Of a stretch of 64,000 nucleotides of DNA, positions 13,001-28,120 are shown piece by piece. The notes under the pieces were generated by a model. The model was given only the letters and a program-made list of their open reading frames with translations. It was not told where the DNA came from and searched no databases. The stretch lies in the NCBI GenBank assembly GCA_965287045.1, contig OZ336885.1, positions 63,550,001 to 63,614,000 on the forward strand, in the 5' to 3' direction. The first letter of the stretch is position 1; every line of letters begins with the position of its first letter. Both the position numbers and the translations under genes were made by a program. The stretch comes from Carcharhinus amblyrhynchos. Its lineage: Eukaryota.

Positions 13001-15879
13001 AATTGAAATGGGACCTGTAGACTGAGTGTCATTTCAGCACAGATTGCTTTTGTGCCGTGTAGTAAAACTGAACTTAAAGACAACATTTATATAAGCCTTG
13101 AGAGAAAAATTTACAAATTGTGAATCTGCCGTCGGTTGTGTGTAAAACAGTTTCTTAGGAGTTACCGCACAAAAAAACGGCCAATATAATGCAAACATTA
13201 CAACCCGAAATAAAAAAAAATGAAATTAAATGCGACATTTCCCTTTACAATCAAAGCTTACAAAATCAGCATTAAGTTATCAGTAATTTTCCTGGACTAC
13301 TTGTTTTTATGATTTTGGTATATACAGTTGATTGCGGCATCAGTTCTTGCACGCATTATATATCTACTTTTTTTTTATCTTGCCACTTCTAAATAATTGA
13401 ATGGTTAATCTAACAACACTGGTTATGTTCGCTTAGAAAATTGCCTAGTCGTACTTCCTTGAGCAGGGATTGCCTCGTAGTCCTTTTCATGAACAGGAGA
13501 TCACAACAATGGTAAAATTTAAATGTACTAAACTCGAAACATCATTTCTGTTGATCAAACCGCTGCGGAATGTAATCAGGTCTACAGTGCTACGTTCTCC
13601 TGCCTCTCCAAATTATGCCGACATCATTTCTTAAACAAACGTCATATCAAAGATATCTGAATAAGTCAATATTTCCATTATGTCACTGCAGGTTTTAGCT
13701 TTTAGAGAATATATATTCTCTACAACACTATTGGAGGAGGGATTTGTATCTATTTAATACATGCTTCTCAAAGGACAGCGGACATGCATTCTCATGCAAT
13801 ATGATATTCTTAGCATTTGATGTAACATTTTTAAAGGACTACAGATTTTAATAAAACCTGTGGTTGGTTAAACCCTTGCAGATCATTTAGATGCTGTTTT
13901 CGATATCCATCATCAAATTTGTTTTGTGCTTGCCCAACCGTTTTTGTTCCCTCTATCTTCAACCTCGCTTTGCTATCTTTAGTTTGAAGAAAAACAAATG
14001 CACTGCTTCGCACCATTTTTTTTTCATATAATATTACTTTAAAAAACAGACGTGTTTACATATGGGTACTGCAACATTATGTGTAGACGTCACCTGCATT
14101 ATTTATAATATAATAGAAAATGTATCATTGATGCAAAATATCTCATTCCTTTATTTTGTCTGTGGTGCAGCTTAGGAGTCCAGCGGGAAAACTTATCAAG
14201 GTCACGTTTAAGATATTTCTACGTAAGAAAAGGTTTTTTTAGTAGCTATACTGACTGCTAAATAAATTGAATAACTTCCCCGCTTCAGTCAAAACACGTT
14301 TACAAATGTTATGCCTGTCATTCTTCAAACAACACTATGCTTAAACTTGCGCGATTTCTAAAATGATGTTTGGTAATTTTAAGTTTGCAAAGACTGTGTT
14401 TTTCAATGGAACATATGTAACATCGGAAATCAAAATTTCTAAAGTTCCAAAGGAAATCAGATTGTTCTAAACCTCCATCAATATGTATCTATGGAATACA
14501 AGCGGATTTACAACAGATAACAATGTTGTGCTATGCATTGTTTAGTAGAAGCAACAACAAAACTTCGCATTTCTGATAACATACGTGCGAAATGAAAGTT
14601 GCAAATGGAATCTTTTCTCTCAGAATGAATTCTAATTGTGTTGTTGATAGATGACAAATGCATTCATTGTGGAATAATTTATGGCCGTATATTCTCCAAC
14701 TTTATAGCATTGCAATTGTTTTATTTCCTTTTTTTTTAATGCGTACATTTACCAATTTGAAGTAGTTGAGATAAGCCAGCTATTCCAATAAATATTGTAC
14801 TTATATGGAGGATTTTTCAGTGACCAGCGTGCCTCCTTGGATAATTGTCTTCTTCAAAGTCGTCACAAACTCAGAAATATAATTGATTGATGGACCATAT
14901 TAAATGACATGAGTGGCTTTACAAAATATTCAACCCTTGTTTCAGGAACACAGCTGACAATGTGAACTCAGCGAGTAGGTGATCAGCATTCGCACAATTC
15001 ATTCTTTCTGAATACGTGTTTCTTCAATTTGAGTGGTTTTCTTTTCGTGATTTTTTTCGGGGGAATACTGCGGTGAAAAGTTCTTATGTAGCAGATCTTC
15101 GTGATTAATTTGTAAAAGTGTTTGATAAAATTGCTTATTTAAAATGTTCTGACATGTCAAGATACAAAAAGCAGCTAACCTTCCAGGTTTTCGTATATCC
15201 ACACCAAAAATAAGTTTGCATCATTTCGACGAAAAGGCATGAGACAAGCGCAACAAATGAGCATTGGATATTATAAATAAGTTGCTAGTAGTATTAGCTT
15301 TTATTTTCTGTAAGGAAAATATAAATTACCAACATAGCTAATTTATCTAATGGAAATGATTGTGTTTTAGTTAATAACATTCGATATTATATATTCATGC
15401 CAACATCTGGAAGCGCGGGAAGTGAACAGTATAAAACGTTCAGCTCAGACTTTTAAAGATATAGAACATGCTGAGTGGCATGATGCAGCATGAATGTTAG
15501 TAAATTTTACAAATGAAGTCGAATATGCATTGCAGGAGTAACACCTATGGTGAGTTGCAAGTGTAAACAGAGAAATAAAACAGATTCTGTGACGTTTTAC
15601 AGGAAAAAAAAACAAGGCTGTCTTTGTTCAGCAGAGGCGATGGCTTCATGCCACTGGGCTTGAAGCACCTGCATTGGAAGCAGTAATTGTCAATTCTACG
15701 AGTTCTGCTTTATTGTCAGGTTGAGGTGTTTTTGTTCTCGATTTTCCAGAACCGGCAGCAACATTGTCATTTATTTTCCTGTCATCGCATGCTAAAATGA
15801 GACACGGTTATATCGGCATCGTTTCTTGAATGTAATGCTTTAAAGCGTTTGTTAGTAGGAAGCGAATTGTACACTATCG

Positions 15880-16400
15880 TTGTGTCAAGCTTGATAAATC
15901 AATTTATATCATTATTGGACACAACACACAATCTCGACTTTGAGTATAAGAACAGACAGGTGTGGTGGAGATGTCAAGAACGCTGGTTCGGCCATGTGTG
16001 GAGTACTGTGCGCAGTTCTGATCGCCACCTTAGTTGAATGAACTGATTATACAAGAAAGGTTGCGCAGCAGATTCACCTGGATCGTGTCTGGGCTTGAGA
16101 GTTTCTGTCAGCGAGAATCACGGATTGACTGTGGTTGTGTTGACGCAGGGAAGGGGGCGAATTGTGATGCATCAAATTATGAGGGGCATGCATGGCGTGG
16201 ATTCCAGGTGTTAATGGGACGTGAGCGAAAAAAACAAAAACATTTTCACGCCGAGACTGGAAGGAATCTGGCCACTTTGTCTTAAAGAGTGCAAGAGACA
16301 GAAACACTCATAACATTGAAGCATAATGAGATCCTCACTGGAAATGCCGTAGCATACAATGCTAATGGACAGCTACTGCAAAATCGGCTTAGAATAGATA
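15880..16400 (+). mobile_element. highly degenerate CR1 3' fragment
   Basis: gagtataagaacagacagg...ctggttcggcca...gagtactgtgcgcagttctgatcgcc resembles EYKS...LVRP.LEYCVQFWSP; boundaries approximate. Confidence 0.7.
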
Positions 16401-17009
16401 GGTACTCCATTACTCCTGCAACCGTTGCGATGAAAATGCCTCAACGGCTCCATAGCAAAAGCATTACTCTCCCCATGACAAAAATATCGGATGAAAGTTA
16501 CAACGTATTTAGAAACATGTTTCCACATGACGACGACAGGGAAGGAAATTTTAGTTGCAAAATCGTCCACAATTGTTTGTCTTAAAACAATGGAAGCACG
16601 GGTGGGAGGATTTCAAGCTCAGGGTAAAATAAAGGAAACAGATTTCAGCTTCTACCATTTTCAGCAAAAAAAAGATTGTGATATAGAAGTTAACCAAAGT
16701 ATCCGAAAAAAAAAACAAATGTAAATGACAGATAATTTCAACTGTTTCTTCATCTTAATTTATTTAATTACCATTTTGCGTTACTTTTCATTAAAGAAAG
16801 GTGAGTTCAATACATGAAAACATGTTTTAAAGACAGACCGTACAGGGATGAATCCACGAAAGAGTTTCTGCCCAACTGTGCGTTCATTAGAACACTGTTG
16901 TTTTTGTAATTTTGGTAAGCATGATTTAGTAGGTCTATTATGTGTTGAAAATAACATCATTCAAGAAGTCGTATACGCATATTATTGCACTTTTTTTTCA
17001 ACATAGAAA

Positions 17010-17410
17010 ATGCAACTGAGGGGGGAGAGGTACAACACAGATATTAGAGGGAGGTTTTTCACACAGAGGGTAGTGGGGGTATGGAATGCTCTGCCAAGTA
17101 AAGTGGTGGAGGCAAACACACTAGAGTCCTTTAAGAGTAACTTAGACAGGCGCATGACTGAGTTGGTGATGGGTGGATATAGGAAAAGTTTAAAATAAGG
17201 GTCATGAGCATTGGGGCGTCCCTGGTAATGTAAATGGGTATAGTATGATGATAATGTTTTTTCTCTTTTCATTCACAGGTTTTAAGTCGGCCCACCTCGT
17301 GTCCAACGAAGGGCATACACACAATGGGTCGTACTGGGGCTGCGCTTGGTCGTTCCAGATTGGCCTAGTGCTTCATGTCCTGAGTGTATGCCTAAACTGG
17401 ACAAGATACT
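17010..17410 (+). mobile_element. CR1 3' fragment of a different subfamily, with probable 3' UTR
   Basis: RGERYNTDIRGRFFTQRVVGVWNALPSKVVEANTLESFK; the extent of the 3' UTR is inferred. Confidence 0.8.
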
Positions 17411-17735
17411 GGGCAAGACGACAGCTCAGTGACTATCGCTGATTGCTGTGCAGACACATGGATTTGGGCCGGTGTCTGTGGGAGTTTGCGCATTCTCCCC
17501 GTGCTTGCGTGGGTTTTCTCCGAGTGCTCCGGTTTCCTCCCACACCACAAAGATGTGCTATTAGGCTGATTGGCAGGAATAAATTGTCACTAAATCAGTT
17601 TCCCTCAATCTGGATGGCCATAAAACATTAGACGGGGTCGTGGGTAGAGAGGTGGACTAGTGATGTTGAGATGGCGGCGCGGGCTCCTTAGGCCGAAGGG
17701 CCTGTTTCCCGGGCTGATTTTGTTCGTTGTTCTTT
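17411..17735 (+). mobile_element. HE1-like V-SINE with CR1-type tail
   Basis: V domain gagtttgcgcattctccccgtg...gctccggtttcctcccac; tail ggccgaagggcctgtttcc. Confidence 0.85.
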
Positions 17736-19720
17736 ATTTTACCTTGACATATATGTATCAGTCTCCTAAATTCTGAATTTAGCACAAACATAATTTGTGT
17801 TCTGTTTGACCTCGATCACTTCTTCAATATCGCATTGCTGCTTCCACTGATTATTGAACGTCTACCAGCCGAGAAAACAAAACGAGCTTCATTGTTTTCG
17901 TTGCCCTTTTTATGTAGCTCTTGATATTATCTTTCATTTCAGTTCAAATGTTCTGTGCTGTTTTAAAAATGGTTGTTCATTCCTGTCATGTCGGCATTGG
18001 GCACGTCATAGTTCAAGTGAAGTTTTTAGTTGCATTTATTTATTTTGAGGACTCGAGACCTGTATCACGATCATAACTGGCATAAGCTCAGCTCTACGTC
18101 ACGGAAAGGTTCGCATATCGCCTGGCAAATGAGAAAGATTTCAGAACCATTGTGTTTGCTGATAATTCTCGAGATTTTGACTTTCTATAGTGAAAAAAAA
18201 TAGCCTGAAGTCATTGGCATTGGTAAACAAAAACTACCGAATCAATACTCTCTCTGGGCTTGGCTTTCGTGCAATCTTTGACGAAGTTTTGCGACCAGTT
18301 CACACCTTTGGCAAAAGCAGACTTTACATTGGAAAATGCAGATTTTAAATTATTCCGAACGAGGTGTCATATATTAATTAGCATCACAATTACATTCTGC
18401 AACGCCAGGGTATTATTTCAAATGAGTTCAGTACTTTGGTTTCTACAGATCCACCTAAATATAATATTCTTAAAATTCATTGAAAAAAAGTCTCTGAATG
18501 GTTTGGGGTTTTCATTAATCTCATTCTAATCAATAGAAATACACCTTCTTCATTGAAGGTAAACTTACACGTGGACATTTTGACGTCAATGATTTTAAAG
18601 TGGGCCACTAGATTTAGCAAGCGCATTCCTATTTCAAAAGCAATCTCAACATCTGAATGCAATCAACAGTATACAGGTTTTCACGAATTTACCATTCCAT
18701 TGTCAATGGAGGAGATCATTTTCTCGGATTATTTAACTCTTTTCGCTACAGAAGCTTTCGAATATAACCCTCATATGCTATATCCAGGGAAACATTTCAG
18801 AAAGTTCCTGCATCATAAATTTCGATCAGGAAACATGGGCACTAATTTAAAAGCAAAGGTTCGCTCTTCAGAACCAACCCTGAGATCCAACTGCGTTGGA
18901 CAGGATATCAAATCAATTTCATTCCTAGTTTCACTGGAGAGAGATAGTCGCGATACGAGCTTGTCAAACGGAAGTCTTTTTTTAAGCAAATTGGGCTGCC
19001 TAAACAAATTGTGGACCTTAATATAGCTAATGCGCATTCAATGGGGTAAATGAGTCTGACTATTGCTGGCCTAATCGTGTTAATATCTCTTCCAGGAAAA
19101 CAATCATCACTGCAGTATTGAGTCAAGGGTTCGGAAAACGATTTTAAACAGTTTTGGTAATTATGCAGTATCATTCCAGGCCCGGAAATAAACATTTTTT
19201 GCGTGAGCGACAGCTATTGCCACTGCTTGCATGTTATGAGACTGCAGGCAATCACAAAACAAATACTCCTTTCAAGATGTTGTTTAACTTACAGAACATT
19301 CTCATTTCATCGTAATGTTTTAATAAATAGGGTTAGGATTTCTCCAGTGATATTTTGGAATAACATGTGAAAAATGTTCCCTACTTCAGTACATATTATC
19401 TTGTGATGGTAGTTTGCGTAATTTTCCCTCCCGTGGATCGATTTTCCTGAAATTCCAGCTCGTATGTGTACGATGAAGCACACACTTAAAAACGCGGTTA
19501 ATTAAATCATATTTACCTGACTCCGAGAAACGGTTGTTCTTTTATATTCCATAATCAAAAATAGAAGTATAAGGTGGGAAGCGATTCGTCCAAATATGCA
19601 TACACATCTCACCCACACCACACGTTTTATTCTCGTGAAACTCATCCACAACGATCACCACTGTTCTGGTAATGCCTCCGATATGCCTGCCATATCAAGT
19701 CTCCTCCGAAAACATACACA

Positions 19721-21297
19721 CATAAGAACATAAGAACATAAGAAATAGGAGCAGGAGTGGGCCATCTGGCCCCTCGAGCCTGCCCCGCCATTCAATAAGA
19801 TCATGGCTGATCTGTCGTGGCTCAGATCCACATTCCCGCCCTCTCCCCATAACCCTTAATCCCCTCTCTTATCAAAAACCCATCAACCCCAGTCTTAAAA
19901 AATATTTAGCGAGGCAGCCTCCACCACTTCAACGGGCAGAGAATTCCAGAGATTCACCACTCTTTGAGTGAAGAAGTTCTTCCTCAACTCCGTTCTAAAC
20001 CGCCTCCCCTTTATCTTGAGGCTGTGCCCCCTAGTCCTACTGTCCTTTCTGAGCGGGAAGAGTCTCTGTACCTCGATCCTATCCATCCCATTCATCATCT
20101 TATACGTCTCAATGTGATCTCTCCTCATTCTTCTAAACTCTAACGAGTACAAGCCTAGTTTATTCAGCCTCTCCTCATAGCTCAACCCCCTCAACTCCAG
20201 CATCAGCCTAGTAAACCTCCTCTGCACTCCCTCCAAGGCCAAAATATCGTTGCGTAAGTACGGCGCCCAAAACTGCGGCCTCACCAATGCCCTATACAGC
20301 CGCAGCAAGACCTCCCTACTTTTATATTCAATCCCCCTCGCTATGAAGGCCAGCATCCCATTAGCCTTCCTGACCACCTGCTGCACCTGCAAGCTGGGTT
20401 TTTGCGACTCATGCACAAGGACCCCGAGGTCCCTCTGCACCGTCGCCTGCTGCAGTTTTTCTCCACGTAAGTAATAATCCTTCCTACCATTATTCCTACC
20501 AAAGTGGACCACCTTCCATTTGCCAGTTCCTGGCCCATTCGCCCAGCCTATCTAGATCCTTCTGCAGACTCTCCATACCCTCCGCACAATTTGCCGTTCC
20601 ACCAATCTTGGTGTCATCAGCAAATTTCGACACCATACACTCGGTTCCCTCCTCCCGATCATGTACATAAGTGGTAAATAGCTGAGGCCCCAGCACCGAC
20701 CCCTGAGGCACTCCACTAGTCACCAACTGCCAATCCGAATAGCACCCATTGACCCCCACTCTCTGGCTCCTATTTGACAACCAGTCCTCTATCCACGCTA
20801 ACACCCTACCCCCATGTCCCCTGACCTTCTGCAATAACCTCTTGTGAGGTACCTTGTCAATCGCCTTCTGAAAATCAAGAAAGACCACATCCACCGGCTC
20901 TCCTCTATCCACCGCCCTAGACACATCCTCATAGAACTCCAGTAAATTTGTCAGACACGACTTCCCCTTAACGAAACCGTGCTGCGACTGCTCTATCAAA
21001 CAATTCCCCTCAAGATGCCACGCTATTTCCTCCTTGATGACGGATTCTAACTTTTTACCTACAACAGACGTTAAACAAACCGGCCTATAATTCCCCGCAT
21101 TTTGCCTGGCACCTTTCTTAAACAACGGCGTAACATTAGCCGCTTTCCAATCTTCCGGCACTTCCCCGGAATCCAGCGACGTCTGCAAAATAACCACCAA
21201 GGCATCCACTATCACCTCTGTCATTTCTTTCAGAACTCTCGGATGCATTCCATCCGGTCCTGGCGACTTGTCCACAATCAGCCCCTCCAGTCTGTCG

Positions 21298-21299
<2 letters not shown>
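19721..21299 (-). mobile_element. young CR1 LINE, 1.6 kb, 5'-truncated, RT domain pseudogenised (copy 2)
   Basis: KSPGPDGMHPRVLKE, NYRPVCLTSVV, QHGF, LDFQKA, GVPQGSVLGP, KFADDTK; small deletions and a frameshift; (TTCTTATG)n tail. Confidence 0.97.

Positions 21300-21331
<32 letters not shown>
21300..21331. repeat. (CA)n microsatellite abutting the CR1 5' end
   Basis: direct reading. Confidence 0.95.
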
Positions 21332-21333
<2 letters not shown>

Positions 21334-24300
21334 TCATCACTTCTCTGATCGTTGTTTTCATATAAAGTTTGTTTACCATCTTGTATTGATGGCAAGAACT
21401 ATGTGAGGGGTCAGTCCATTTGTATTCATCAACGGAGAGGGCGATCACCCAGTATTCGATGTCATGCTGCAGGCAATTAATGTACGAAAACAAGACTCCC
21501 GAATCCTTTCAGAAATCACCATTCACTTTGCAGTTCTAACGGCAGCCGTCTCTTTGTATTAACTGCTTGCAAATGGTTATTCCGCTTTCCACCTTCTTCT
21601 GCATTCTCATACACAACGAGAACATTTACCTGCCTTCACATTCTGAGTCACTGACAATTCAGTGCTAACGCAAGGATCAACAAACTTCCCTGCAGCTCAA
21701 GCGATAATGATCCTTACTCGTGTGTTTGTCTCACTACCATATTTAAATACACAGCCAACTACTTACTCCTCACGTAACTTCAGGTCACTTGTCACACCAT
21801 AAAACCTGCTTTAGTCGCATGGCATACAGTATGGTTCGAGCGGCACAGACGAGGTAAATTATGTCTGACAACGTTACAACTTAATTCGCGGGTGCAATAC
21901 AGCATACACATCTTCTTTTCAACCTGTTCTAGGCGGTCTTGGAGCAAAATTGAGATCGTTCTGGTTGTTCCGATACTATATTATTGTGCAATTACAATAC
22001 GTACAGGTTGCGACAGGTCACTGTGTCAGTTGGATTCCATGTTTCTTCGTTTAGGAAGACAGAACCAGGGAGCATGCTTGAGCAACGTAGTGTGCAGTTG
22101 AACACGGTATTTACAGATTGACAGAGGCCAAATATCAGAGCGTAATGTTGACTACCTGTCACAATTACTCAATTTGGCGGTGTTAAAAAGACAGTCCAGG
22201 CATCATTTCAACCGTAGTCTCAGAAACTGCATAGAAGGAATGCATAACAGTGGAAATTAACCTATATACATAGAGTATGCAACACGCTGTTCAATGTGCA
22301 CACATGCTGATTGGGCGCTATATTTTCAACCTGCAGCGTTTGATCAACCCCACTCATTAAAATAAAATGGAGTTCCCTTTACATTTGCGTTCCAATTCAT
22401 TTGCCATGAACCTGGACTGCTCTTCTCCATCTCACTGTGTTGCGAAATGGTTGGAATGATTGGAAGGACATTTAGACAGATTTTGGACGAATTATGGATC
22501 TGTAAAATTCTTATGCTAAAAAAAAGCATTCTTCAGATTGCGAAATATATTGTGGGAAATAAGGTTTTGGTAATTGACTACATCAAGGGAGAACACACAT
22601 TCAAAACAAAATTGAGATGAACATGAAATATAACTTTGAAATTAAACCCGACTTTTCCTCTGATCAAAATGTTGCAAAAAACTAATAAAATTGTACACCA
22701 TGCTCATTGGTACATTAAGCTCTTGAACTCTTAAATACGTAGAATTCGCCAGTTGGTAAACGGGCCACGAAAGGTAGGTTAGAATGTTGCTTTCGTCCGT
22801 AGGTTTCATCCGCTGTTCCCAAAAATGAATATATGCATCCAATTGTGCTACATCCTGACGATGCCAATCATAGAATCACAGTCATGCTGCATGAATGACG
22901 GTGGGCACCGCCTTAGTGCCTTGAGGGTTGGTAGGAACAATTACTGATGATAATTCTGCTGACAGTTCTTTCACAGGTAGATAGTAGCACATGGAAATGG
23001 AAAAAAGGATATCGAAAACATGTGCGTTCTGAATGATGTGCAAAAACTGCTTATATCTCGAAACACACTGACGTTATAAGGAGAATTGAGTCTGGCAATG
23101 TTCCAGGCCAGGAAAGAACATTCCCTTTTTACAAATGACTCAAAATGTGAACTGAATTTTTAGCTTTGTTTTAGAGAAAATAAGATTATGTCTTTAGAGA
23201 TTCGTGATTGTTTAAACATTTATTTTTAAGCCTTATGCGCATTTAAATTGATTGCATTTACATTAAGGGACAGGCATTGACTCTGGCAGTGGCTGCATAG
23301 TCTGAAGCAATCTTAGTTTCAACTAGACATTAAATTGAGCAAACGTTTGCACCTCATCACTCCTTCACCCACAAACTTCCAATGTTATAAAATTAAGCAT
23401 AGTTTATCCATGAACTCATGGACTCAATTTGTGCTTTCAATTTTAAACAGCATTCGTTGCAAAAGGGCGAAAGTGGCGCGATTGTTTCATTTGTCAATTC
23501 CGACACTGTAAACCTCCTCTTGATCGGACAGTCATAACACCTCACTCTTCCATATTTATTTGAATTTGCCATGCGTGGCCGCTCACTGACTTACACAGGC
23601 CTGATGCTTTGAAACTGATAACGTTATCCCCAAGGTTATGCTGAGATGGAAAATGTACAATGAACATTCCCACACAGGCAACAGCATATTAGTACGAATC
23701 CCTTCATTATATCAGATTGATCCTTCAGATGTATTTCATTGAGCAACTTGCAGAGCACATTTCAGATAGTTTAACCTACTTCGTTGCTGAATTCTGGTTG
23801 ATGCATGTGTATTTAGTGTGTTCTTTATTCATCTAACGTATCGTTTTCAATCTGCGTTATTAATCGAGTTGAGCATAATTTGCCACAATGATCGGAAATC
23901 AAATATTACGGATCCAAAATGAAACAATGATTCAGGGGATGATATAATTGGCAGCTCCAACTTGAATTGAAAGTTGAGAATTGAAAGGGGTGATGACAAT
24001 TTGAGACAAAACATTCAATATGCAATTAATTTCAAGAAAAAAGAAGAAAAATGCTGGAAGAATGAATGGGCGCCTTCTCTGTTTGTAGGTATGCCAGATG
24101 TTGCTTGCGAATTTAATTTCAACGGACAATGTATTCATCTTCAACGTATGCCTAGCTTGTAACGGAGTTTACTTTAGAAAGTACAGTAAGTTTGCTGAAC
24201 AAAACTGACACAAATTTCGAGAATTGCCTCAGAAATTCTGTCAATAAGTAATGTAAAAAATTGTTTGTAATACATAAGGCAGAATCTTACCGTGGAGGTA

Positions 24301-25580
24301 AGTATTTGGCAGATGGAAGTTCAGCAACATGGATGAAATGCAATGTGGTAATTCCATATTGTGCTGTTGCTTGGAACGAATGATCAGACACATATTTGGC
24401 AAAATAAGTACAATTGGCTGCACGAAGACCACGTAAAAACTATTGTTGGGCGTACGGATAAACAATGTTGGGGGAAAGAGAACTTAATATGCCCAGGGTA
24501 CGTCAATTAATTAACAGACTTCGTCAGATACTGTTAAGGCTGACACTCAAATCACTTGGTATGCGTATGTGTTGTTAAGAAACGTGGACAGTGTAAAGTT
24601 TTGCACAATGGATGGGAGAGGGATGGAGTTGTGAGACAAGTAATTATTACGTTTTAACCTTTTTTTTCTCCCAGATGTTATCAATCATTGTGATGTCGTG
24701 TGTATGTATGTGCCAACCATTTCTATTTAATTAGCATGCTGAGTTTTGTGAGCAAATAGCAACTTACAATTAAGTTAACTTGAGAATAATGAAGATCGAC
24801 ATGAAATGACATTTCACATTACGAGTAGCAGATTTCGTGATTTAAAAAAAAAGTAAAATATTGCAAGAATTGTATTCTGTTTTCACTGGAAAATGTAAGT
24901 GTTGGAAATAGATGAAATGTTACACCGTTTAAGAACTTTGATCTTTTGCAATGCCTTTGACGGGCATTGAATATGGCATTCGTTTTTTTTTTTGGCCAGC
25001 TTTATATAGCCCCATGAGTTATAATAATAAAGCGGGGAGAAACATCAATGCATACACAAGTGCCAACAGAAAGCTTGTTAGTAGAATTTCGAATTACTTT
25101 GATTGTCATAATATTGACAGTAATATCAAAATTGAAGAGGAAAGACAGGTCTGCTTGTGAACATGTCGATGACACCAATGTCCGCCTAATTTGTCAAATG
25201 ACAGAATTTGATACAACAACTTTTCTTTTTTTTTGAAAATAAAAAAGTCCTCATCATGTCATTAAATGTTTGAAAACAACTTTTGTGAGTATGTCAAAGT
25301 CCTGACGAGAAATGACAGATTGTTAGGTTGCCAATTAAAACGGTGTTCTTTCTTTGAAAGTTTATGAAGTTGTTGGATGTGGATGCATTTCCACAGAAGA
25401 ATAGCCTTTTCCTCCGATCGTGACTAACACCTGTTCCTTGTTTCTTCGCCTTCCTTATATCAGAAGAAGATTTGTACTCGTAACTGGACAGCAAAGGATC
25501 ACTGTGTGGAATTGTGCTCTTATCTGTAGAGCCACGACAGCAGGACGGATGTTGCATTCTACTCACCACCATTTACTTAC

Positions 25581-25619
25581 CAGATTTACCTAATTGAGCG
25601 AGAAATAAGCGTCCAATTA
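25581..25619 (-). CDS. candidate micro-exon 16, 39 nt (or 30 nt via an internal donor), phase 1-1, (L)IGRLFLAQL[GKS]
   Basis: ttgattatttccag|taattggacgcttatttctcgctcaattag/gtaaatctg|gtaagt; occupies the slot of 54020-54046 (GRLF vs GKFF). Confidence 0.5.
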
Positions 25620-25944
25620 CTGGAAATAATCAATCAATCAATAAATAAATTGTTTTGTTTTTGAAAGGTATACTTCAAACATACAATTTGATGTGTTCTG
25701 CCGGTTCGTTATTGGATCTTCGTAGCCTTTTTTTTCATGAAACATTCACTGAACAATTATTAGACACTGATGTGTGTCAAAACGTATATCGAAAATGCTG
25801 CAATTTGCCCTTTCAGATTGCATGGTGCACAGAGCTGCTACTGCAGGATGCCCACAACTTGACAGAAATACGATGGCTGATGACTTCAGGGTGAAGGAAG
25901 AGTCATCCAAATTGGTTAAGTTGAACGTGAAAAAAGAATTTTAT

Positions 25945-26220
25945 GGGCGATAACTCTGAATACTTTATAGGGTTGGAGTTCGATCTCTCTCTCACACACA
26001 CACTTATCTGGAACACATGATCCACTAATGACCATGCAACCATTGCCGACTCTCGAAGAGAACAACCGTTTCACTGATGTCATCTGGGCAAGGAAATCTG
26101 CCGTCCTTACCTAGCCTGGAGTGCGTCTGACTCCAGACCCACAGCAACGTAATAGGGCCGGGGAATAAATGATGGCAAACCAGTGAAACCCATTTTCCAC
26201 GACTGAATATTAAAAAAAAA
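25945..26220 (+). mobile_element. shark SINE of a second family (unassigned), degenerate
   Basis: gttcact-like core 'ggaaatctgccgtccttacc...tgactccagacccacagcaa' and A-rich end, recalled as a common shark repeat. Confidence 0.7.
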
Positions 26221-28120
26221 GATAATAGTAAATAAACCACATCAGAAACCCCCCGCAAGAACTGGAGGGCGAGAATATCCGATCGAAACCGGATTTATGG
26301 CTGCCACGAAGTAGTACAGATTCGTTCCATTAAGGTTATGCAAATGTAACACAATAACTCTTAATATAAGTCATACATGTATTCAGTAGCAGCAAAATTT
26401 CAACCCACCAAAAGCTCGCGTGTCCAGCAAGCTTCCGTGCATAATATATTCACCTGGACTCGTGGAAAACAGTCTAAACACTTTCACTAAAACGTGCGAG
26501 GAAAACTCTGCAAAAAAAACATCGTCTTGTCTTTGAGCCGGGTACACAACATTCGAAAATATTTAATCGAATAAATTATATAATTGTCTTTCAAATTCCC
26601 AATGTGATCGAATAATTTCAACTTGCTTTTATTAATACACAACTGTGTGCACCATGTAATTTTCTTTCAAAAAATGTACTCCAGATCCTGTTTAAAGGGA
26701 AGGAAAATCGGCACCAAATTGTGATTTCCAAGTCACGATCAATGAGATAACATAGAGTGAACAATATCTTACGTGCATGTTCATGGAATTTGTTGACTCC
26801 AGCAACACGGGAAAACTGATGTTTTAGACCACGAAGAATGTCTGAGGGAAAATGTTTAACTTTCAAGTTGGCAGCTATCAGCAAATGATGTGTCTTAAGT
26901 ATTAGTGACAGGGTCTCATCTTTTTATACCGTATATTCATGACAGACGAAAAGTTTTTGTTTTACTGTATATTCATGACTGTAAATATAATTGTAGTTAT
27001 TTGATAACAAGAGATACCTAGACGATAAAAGTAAACGAACAAAAAAATGAGTACTTTCATGTATGAACAAAAATGTAGGCACCATAAGGTAATATTTGGA
27101 TTTATGAAGTCCATAATTGCGATCCTAAATTTATAAAGATAATATACAGCTTATCAGCCATGAAAAGTGCAAATGTTATAATTAAGAGAGACTGTGTTGC
27201 AATTTGATGAAAGGGAATGAATAAAAACAAATGCAACTGACATTTTAGATGTTTGGAAGAACAAGGGAGTGGGGCAAATATTTATTGGGACTACACTTGA
27301 AATGCGTCTGCCAAACTCGTCACAAAGGCGATGATGTTTTTATTTTGGGTTAAGGAATTTTTGTATGCACAACACGAGCAAAAGTTCATTTTGAAATAAA
27401 TCGGGGGAAAGTTTGCACAAAATCATTAGGGATTCTTGAGTGTTTCCATCACCAGTCTTTGCTATACTTTCATCTTAGAACAGACATACTTAACACAACA
27501 AAACTTGAATTCTTAGTCAATAAATACATATGAATAGAAGCTTGTTTGTTAAGCTGAAGTGAAGACTATAGTAGGTTAATATCTCTCGCGTATGTATTGC
27601 AGCCTATTCCTATGCAATGATGCAGCGATCATTTTGTGCTAATGTTCAGCATTTCTTGTTATCCAAGTAAATCTATGCTCCTCCCCAACTTATCTTCTAC
27701 AGTTCTATTGAAAAAAAATGGCATAGTAGGGCTTCTTCAATGAGGCGGATTTGCACTACCAACTTCTGAAGTTATTTTCTCATTCCTCCACTATTTCCTT
27801 GATGAAATAAGTTGCATCCAACCAGAGTTTATTACATTTGACGATTATGTTCACTGTCTTGCAAATGGATTTCAGATAAGGAGCTAATGAATTTTAGTGA
27901 TACTTGGACAGCATGCAAATACGGATAGTTACTGTTCGTCACAGATTTAGAATTTTTTTAAATGAACCGAATACAATTTGCTCAGGCTGCCTTAGCTAGA
28001 GTTATTTTACGTAATGTTCCTGCATTCTTCTGATTGCTAGATGTGGCATTCGTTCAATTTTGCAATTTTGAACAGTAATTGTGCATGCCATAAGTTGGAC
28101 AGCCTTATGATTGTCCTTAC

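Noticed and set aside
14171-14222. + strand segment LRSPAGKLIKVTFKIFL, vaguely CUB-like
   Set aside because: No other CUB exons or cysteines nearby; resemblance too short.
18553-19026. 157-aa ORF, the longest non-TE ORF
   Set aside because: Non-ATG start, no recognisable domain or splice context.
21630-21689. 60-nt phase-1 open segment on the minus strand
   Set aside because: Weak acceptor, probably within an old repeat, no paralog.
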